Shown: piece after piece, positions 61,546-64,000 of the stretch
Layout: every line of letters begins with the position of its first letter
Numbering within the stretch: position 1 is the stretch's first letter
Assembly (NCBI GenBank): GCA_027317865.1
Contig: DAHVQG010000006.1
Location: forward strand, 96,001 to 160,000
Length of the DNA stretch: 64,000 bases
Source: Bdellovibrionales bacterium
Lineage (GTDB): Bacteria > Bdellovibrionota > Bdellovibrionia > Bdellovibrionales > UBA1609
Direction: 5' to 3'
Program-made: the position numbers and the translations under genes
The notes under the pieces: generated by a model
Database searches by the model: none
Told to the model about the DNA's origin: nothing
Seen by the model: the letters and a program-made list of their open reading frames with translations, nothing else

Positions 61546-62661
61546 TCAAAAGCGACACTGAATTCCAGCGTCCGTGGAAAAGATAGTTTGGTTAATGCTG
61601 TTTTTTAAGTCCTTGCTGGTTGGCGTGTCGTACGCCGAAAAACCATAAGTTTCATATTGCGCCAAGAAATCACCAAAAAGATAAAATGGAAATGAGAGCC
61701 TATATGCTAGCGCGTATTTCGCATAACCGCCCATTAAGTTTGAGGTTGAGTTGATCCCGCTTGCATTGACTATTCCATAGACAAGACCAATGCCAACGCT
61801 TTCGCCAAGTCGTGATCGTCCAAAACTACCCGTTAATCCCAGCGTCAAGTTATTTCCGGTTGCCGTTTGAAAGGCGTAATTGCTTGAAGCATTTCGAATG
61901 AAAAAAGGCAAATTGCCGAGCGTATAGCCAAAATCACTTGCAATTTTCACACGTTGTATTGGTTGCCACGATAAAGTGTGCGTGTAGTCAAGCGCGTACT
62001 CAAAATCAGAAAATGTGACATTCGCGCCTGTTGGGAGGGAACCAACACCTTGCGCCGAAGTTAGCGTCAGTGAAATATGATTTTTGTGATTGATTGCGTG
62101 ACCGAGGCCAACTGTGCTACCAAATATTGCGAAGCTATTTTTCCAAGAAAATGTGGAATTTGATTGAGACCAACTAAATAACTTTAAAACAGGCCCAATG
62201 TTTGCGTACCATTTCGTCGGTGGTTCGGTCACATTACCGCTTGTTATTTTAACCGAACGCTTTGTCACATCCATCAGAAGAATGTAATGCTGAGTGTAGC
62301 CACGAGTGGTTGTTGCGGCGATAGGGATCTCAATGTTGGCGTAAGGGAGGTTCATAAAGAATTTAAATTCGCCGTTTGGTCTCAAAATGATATCAGAAGA
62401 TTTAATGCCCAATTCTTTAAATGATAGATCACGTACTTTTTTGCCGCCATAGATAGCGACAGTACCGCTTTCTAATTGAATTTTAGTTCCTGGATTAGCT
62501 TGCCCCGACAATTGAACCCACGAATGAGTGGCGTCTGTGGTTTGTTTGATCGTTGGTTGATACCACTGAATGGCGCCGGTATTCTTTTGCACAGGTGACG
62601 CGTGAGCAATACCTGCGCCAAACAATAGCAAATAGCCAAAAGGTAAGATCGCTCGTAGCAT
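61546..62661 (-). CDS. Exported protein with C-terminal beta-barrel
   Basis: Signal peptide, Ig-like N-domain, amphipathic strands, terminal F. Confidence 0.65.
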   Translation of the reverse strand: MLRAILPFGYLLLFGAGIAHASPVQKNTGAIQWYQPTIKQTTDATHSWVQLSGQANPGTKIQLESGTVAIYGGKKVRDLSFKELGIKSSDIILRPNGEFKFFMNLPYANIEIPIAATTTRGYTQHYILLMDVTKRSVKITSGNVTEPPTKWYANIGPVLKLFSWSQSNSTFSWKNSFAIFGSTVGLGHAINHKNHISLTLTSAQGVGSLPTGANVTFSDFEYALDYTHTLSWQPIQRVKIASDFGYTLGNLPFFIRNASSNYAFQTATGNNLTLGLTGSFGRSRLGESVGIGLVYGIVNASGINSTSNLMGGYAKYALAYRLSFPFYLFGDFLAQYETYGFSAYDTPTSKDLKNSINQTIFSTDAGIQCRF

Positions 62662-62777
62662 AATTTAAGTTTGAAATTTGTTACAAAATGATACAAGACT
62701 CATTTTTAGCGTAAAGCTACACAACAACCCAGACCACGGATCAATTCGGACCAAAGCCAACACCAGACCAAAGCCTT

Positions 62778-62804
62778 TAAGAAAAACCCATAATATTCCG
62801 ATAC
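62778..62804 (+). promoter_or_regulatory. Sigma28-like promoter
   Basis: TAAG-N15-TCCGATAC. Confidence 0.7.
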
Positions 62805-62811
62805 ATTAGGT

Positions 62812-64000
62812 ATGAAATGGCGGTACGTTTTTTTATTGATTTTGCCTATTTTCGCCTCCGGTTGCGGTAAACTTTGGTTTTCTTTAACGCAAAATAATCC
62901 CTCATCGTCCGGACCGATAAGCTACAAACTCGTCTTTACGACCGAGCCATCTTCAAGCATTGCAGCAGGCGCAACTCTGCCAACTGGTGGAGTGATCGAA
63001 GTTGAAGACAATAACGGCAATTTGATTACAAGCGGCGCGCTTTCTACCGCTACGATCAATCTTTCAGATGCGAGCGACAACGGCAATATTGCCGGTGCGA
63101 CAAGTGTGACGGCAGTTGGCGGAATTGCCACAATTCCCAACAATACTTTGATGTTTGAAAAGTCTGGAACGACAAATCTTGCGGCCACGACAACAGTATC
63201 GGGTTACGGTACTTTGAGCACTAATAGCGCGGCGATTTCTATTGCGACGCCGTCCTTTTCAACAGTGAGTGATTTTTCTGGGCCCGACGATCCGAACGGC
63301 GACGTTAATGGTAATGGCACAACTTCGGCACAGCTTTGGTATCCCATGGGGCTCGCAACGGATGGTACTTATATTTATATCGCAGAAGGCTGGCCGGCGT
63401 GCGTGATTCGACGATACGAGATTGCTTCGCCTTACGCTGTTACGACTTGGACCGGTCAATTATATAATTGTGGTTCTACCGATGGGGCTGTGGGTACCAA
63501 TACAATTGGTGTGAACTGGTTGAATTTTAAGCCTATGGAGTTAGCAATAGATAGTAGTTATCTTTATTTCACAGATGACGACAGTTGTGCGATTCGTCGC
63601 GCGGCCTTAAGCAACGGGGCTGTTACAACAATTGCAGGGGGAGCAACCTGCGGATACCTGGATAGTTCGACGGGGACGAGTGCCGAATTCAATAACATCG
63701 GCGCCATATATGTAGTGGGCTCAACGTTGTACGTTGCCGATAACGGTAATCATCGCATTCGCGCCGTTGATTTATCAGCCTCGCCATACGCGGTCACAAC
63801 AGTAGAAGGCAACGGGACGGGCGCCATCCAGGATAGCAGCCCGGGGCCAACTGAAGTGGATTCAATTAGCTATTTCACAGCCGACTCGAATTATTTATAT
63901 TTCTCCGATTACGATGGAACCAACTCTGATATTCGTGAAATGGCTCTTGTCGGCGGGGCTGTCACAACCTTGCAAACTGGCCTCAACAGTTCAATTTGTG
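62812..64000 (+). CDS. Lipoprotein with Ig-like domain and NHL beta-propeller repeats (runs off the window end; absent from ORF track)
   Basis: MKWRYVFLLILPIFASGC lipobox; YPMGLATDGTYIYIAE and LYVADNGNHRIR repeats; open to end. Confidence 0.85.
   Translation, partial: MKWRYVFLLILPIFASGCGKLWFSLTQNNPSSSGPISYKLVFTTEPSSSIAAGATLPTGGVIEVEDNNGNLITSGALSTATINLSDASDNGNIAGATSVTAVGGIATIPNNTLMFEKSGTTNLAATTTVSGYGTLSTNSAAISIATPSFSTVSDFSGPDDPNGDVNGNGTTSAQLWYPMGLATDGTYIYIAEGWPACVIRRYEIASPYAVTTWTGQLYNCGSTDGAVGTNTIGVNWLNFKPMELAIDSSYLYFTDDDSCAIRRAALSNGAVTTIAGGATCGYLDSSTGTSAEFNNIGAIYVVGSTLYVADNGNHRIRAVDLSASPYAVTTVEGNGTGAIQDSSPGPTEVDSISYFTADSNYLYFSDYDGTNSDIREMALVGGAVTTLQTGLNSSIC

Larger units (their letters stand above)
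56931..64000. mobile_element. Probable genomic island at tRNA-His (right end outside window)
   Basis: Follows tRNA; short direct repeats; serine recombinase; orphan genes; long spacers. Confidence 0.65.

Overview
Bacterial chromosome segment whose gene content and order point to a Bdellovibrionota-like predator (inference from the gene set, no search run). Bases 1-56930 are core genome: rimP-nusA, mreC-mreD-mrdA-rodA, trxA, lptF, a dprA/LysM/split-comEC competence cluster, ald, lpxC, ruvCAB, efp, tamB-Omp85, bioY, gpmA, fadD, an M17 peptidase, oxyR-ahpC-ahpD, a methionine-salvage operon, tRNA-Leu and tRNA-His. After tRNA-His an accessory island begins, with a small serine recombinase, orphan secreted or outer-membrane genes and unusually structured spacers. 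The most notable unannotated signals are: (1) a ~480-nt multi-domain structured non-coding element at 61030-61510; (2) a 41-aa amphipathic sORF overlapped by a putative sigma28-driven ~80-nt antisense RNA carrying a 16S-like anti-Shine-Dalgarno sequence (39041-39235); (3) several sigma28-like promoters placed 5-8 nt before start codons (apparently leaderless mRNAs for secreted or signalling proteins), three of them with an upstream GTCTCA-N3-TGAGAC-like palindrome. All calls come from reading the sequence by eye.
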